Assembly (NCBI GenBank): GCA_034002885.1
Contig: JAVEZS010000007.1
Location: 28,228-92,227, forward strand
Length of the DNA: 64,000 bases
Source of the DNA: Bacteroidales bacterium
GTDB taxonomy: Bacteria > Bacteroidota > Bacteroidia > Bacteroidales > VadinHA17
Direction of reading: 5' to 3'
Below are positions 61,503 to 64,000 of this stretch, piece by piece. A program made the translations under genes and the position numbers. A model generated the notes under the pieces. That model did no database searches and was not told the origin of the DNA. It saw only the letters and a program-made list of their open reading frames with translations. Within the stretch, counting starts at the first letter, position 1. Each line of letters starts with the position of its first letter.

Positions 61503-62873
61503 CTATCTAATCCTCAATGGTTTCTGAAAATCCTGTTCCATTTCATAAGGTAGCATCCACACCTTGTTACATTTCTCATTTGTGAAATACAGATAAGATC
61601 TCGAGAATTCATCACTGTTACCGTCGGTCCACAAAGCAAAGAATTCTTTACTGACATTATCGGGATTCCTTACAAAAGAATTGTTATTAATGCTGTTCAT
61701 GGTAACGTCAATCTTTTTCTCCCACGAGTGGCCATTATCGCTGCTTGTCCACAATGCTATTTCCCCTCCGGTACCATATTTCTGAGGTCCCGGTTCGGTG
61801 GGTCCGATAACCCTCCATTCATCATCTTTAATATCAATTGCGCCCCTGTCGAAATTATGCGTCGATTCACATACTTTTGAAAAGACCCATTCATTATCTT
61901 TCCTATAAACAACAAACCACTCCCTGGGTCCGCTCACCGGCCCGGGTATATTACCTTTACTCACTATTATCAGTATAACCGGATCACCGTTACTGTCAAA
62001 ATCTATATCGCTCAGGTGTACAAGCTTTCCTTCCTTTTCAAAATTCTTTAAAAGGGCTTCATTCTCCACTTCCCTTAGTGGAATCTGAAGTCTCCTGCTT
62101 TCAATTGTTTTCCATGAGTTTCCGTTATCATCGCTAAGCATGAGGTAAAGGTTCGTCTGCCGGTCAATGTCTCCCCCGGGGAAATAATTAAAGGCAGTTG
62201 CTATCCTGCCCCCGTATGACTCTGATATCTGAAGATGTCCACCCATCGATGCAAGCTTACGGCTGTCAGACCAGTCCTTTCCGCTGATGCTTGAAGAGCA
62301 GAACAGTTCAGAGCCGTTGCCTGTTTTGCTGTAAAACAGAACAAATCCTTTCTCATCCATGGACCATGGCTGTGGCGAGACCATTTCCATTTCGGATATC
62401 ATCTCAAAACCATCAATGGAATATGGCGAATTGCTTCTGAAGATAAGGCCCGGCCTTGTCCTTCCATATCCGCTTACAAAGATCCAGATATAACCGTTGA
62501 CATCTACTGTGAGAGATGAATTGTCATAAGGTTCCTTTACCCCCATCTTGTCGTATACTATCACCGGTTTCGGAACTTTTCCTGACCTGTGGTCAAAATA
62601 AGAAGCCATAATAAGCAGATGTCTTTCATCCTGGTCTGTGGTCCCCCCGTAAACAAAAAAGGTCTTTTCTGCCCCTTCGGAGTAAACGGCTATCGGTCTG
62701 TGCCTCGAACCAAAGGTGGCTACTCCACCTGAAAGCTTGTATCCGTATTCCTGTCTGGGACCGGTGCTGAACCATATCCCCCTGTACCCGTTCACTCTGG
62801 GGTTCTGCGAAAAAAGATAACCAGGACTGAAGAATAAAAGTGGCAAAATTATGAGCAGGGCAGCTTTTTTCAT
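61503..62873 (-). CDS. Secreted BNR-4/Asp-box repeat protein
   Basis: Signal peptide; GYRGIWF, KTFFVYGGT, Asp-boxes SDDNGNSW and SSDNGHSW. Confidence 0.75.
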   Translation of the reverse strand: MKKAALLIILPLLFFSPGYLFSQNPRVNGYRGIWFSTGPRQEYGYKLSGGVATFGSRHRPIAVYSEGAEKTFFVYGGTTDQDERHLLIMASYFDHRSGKVPKPVIVYDKMGVKEPYDNSSLTVDVNGYIWIFVSGYGRTRPGLIFRSNSPYSIDGFEMISEMEMVSPQPWSMDEKGFVLFYSKTGNGSELFCSSSISGKDWSDSRKLASMGGHLQISESYGGRIATAFNYFPGGDIDRQTNLYLMLSDDNGNSWKTIESRRLQIPLREVENEALLKNFEKEGKLVHLSDIDFDSNGDPVILIIVSKGNIPGPVSGPREWFVVYRKDNEWVFSKVCESTHNFDRGAIDIKDDEWRVIGPTEPGPQKYGTGGEIALWTSSDNGHSWEKKIDVTMNSINNNSFVRNPDNVSKEFFALWTDGNSDEFSRSYLYFTNEKCNKVWMLPYEMEQDFQKPLRIR

Positions 62874-63036
62874 CGTCAGATCAGGCAGGTGATATGCGTA
62901 AAAATAACCTTTTTTAACAAATCCCTATATACTCAAACAGTTCTTTTATCCCTGCCGGCACTTAAAGATCTGACCTCACTTATTCCCGAAGGAGCTTCAC
63001 GAACTCACCCCTTTATCCACGCCGGAGCTACATGTC

Positions 63037-64000
63037 CTACTTGAAATGGAAATAATACCAGAACGTATCGCCGAAATCCTTCTGCATCCTTTCCTTAAGT
63101 CTGGTCTGATCCTGTCTGGCTGCAACATATACGGTGAAGTAACGGCTGAAACGGTCACTTGATTCTGCGCTTAAAGGAAGCCCTCCGAGATCAGGGGCAA
63201 TACCGGTGCTGTTATAAACAATCAGCGCCGCCTCCTCTAGATATCGGGGTATCCTTGTATAGCCCAGCGACCTGAGTTTACGTATATTGTCAACGGCTAT
63301 CTCGACATTCTTTGAAAGAAGAAGCCCTGCCAGGTAATACTCCAGAGCCGTTTTATTTCCGGGATGTGATTCAATGATAAGAGGCAGGTTGTTCTGGGGC
63401 TCATTGAACTGCACAAAAAAGTTTGTCGAAGGTATCAGCTTTAGCTTTTCCCCGAATTCCGGATGAGCCTGAATAAGTGCAGGATCATTTATCATCTTTT
63501 CGAGTTCCGACGCCCACTTTCGGTAGAATACAGTCTTTTTCAGTATGTTGACATATTTCTGTGCCATCTGGTAATCGCCGTTCAGTAGTGAGGTCTTTGC
63601 AAGCATCTTAATATTTTCCGGCCTGTATCCGTATACTATCATCTCTTCATAAGCCCAGCGGTGAGCCTCATTTGTTAACCCGATAGCGTAATAGAAATAA
63701 GCTCCCCTGCTCAGGTGTACATCTCCCCATGGGAGTATAAGTGAACCATATCCGAAGTCCTGGCTGCCCTCGAAGAGCCTGTCGCACAGTTTACCGGCCT
63801 CGGCAAGAGAATAGTTATAGAAGTACTGTCCGATGAGGTTCCGTGCCGGTTTCTTCTCCTGAAATTTTATCGCTTCATCATATTTCCCGGCAAAAACAAG
63901 TCTTTCAAGCTCCACTACTCTTGCTGTCTGGGAGTTGTATGCCTTAAGCGCCAAAAAAAGTGCTATAACAACGATCAGACCTGCTGTAACCGTGTAATGC
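63037..64000 (-). CDS. DUF6057-like protein, C-terminal part; 5' end beyond the window
   Basis: Frame stays open to the edge; NEAHRWAYE, ALEYYLAGLLL, PRYLEEA, GDTFWYYFHF. Confidence 0.75.
   Translation of the reverse strand, partial: HYTVTAGLIVVIALFLALKAYNSQTARVVELERLVFAGKYDEAIKFQEKKPARNLIGQYFYNYSLAEAGKLCDRLFEGSQDFGYGSLILPWGDVHLSRGAYFYYAIGLTNEAHRWAYEEMIVYGYRPENIKMLAKTSLLNGDYQMAQKYVNILKKTVFYRKWASELEKMINDPALIQAHPEFGEKLKLIPSTNFFVQFNEPQNNLPLIIESHPGNKTALEYYLAGLLLSKNVEIAVDNIRKLRSLGYTRIPRYLEEAALIVYNSTGIAPDLGGLPLSAESSDRFSRYFTVYVAARQDQTRLKERMQKDFGDTFWYYFHFK

Overview
Core chromosomal segment of a Bacteroidota bacterium, most likely Bacteroidales. Support: TAnnTTTG -7 promoter boxes, SusC/SusD genes, a T9SS type-B CTD protein, Gln after most predicted signal peptides, an EF-G2 gene, and str and S10 clusters joined without tuf. 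It carries the full rpsL-rpsG-fusA-S10-spc-alpha ribosomal cluster on the minus strand (12475-30236), eno, ychF, hisS, ppk2, a UbiD-family decarboxylase, a divergent EF-G2, a TetR-TolC-MFP-RND-PII-like efflux operon, a PhzF/Rid/D-threonine-aldolase-like cluster, pcrA/uvrD, OmpA and DUF4412 genes, a membrane-bound LuxR regulator, thiN, an orphan SusD divergent from a SusC/SusD pair, and several secreted proteins. I saw no rRNA, tRNA, CRISPR, integrase or transposase. The strongest unexplained signals are: (1) a ~490-nt highly structured minus-strand unit between eno and ubiD, with no ORF of 60 aa or more and its own promoter and terminator, a candidate large ncRNA; (2) an unannotated 30-aa single-TM ORF between the RND pump and the PII-like gene, with AcrZ-like topology; (3) heptamer arrays with a consistent strand polarity at convergent gene junctions; (4) a Cur-like palindrome upstream of susC; (5) a hybrid kinase with a degenerate ATPase domain. 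All product calls come from motif recognition by eye; no database searches were run.
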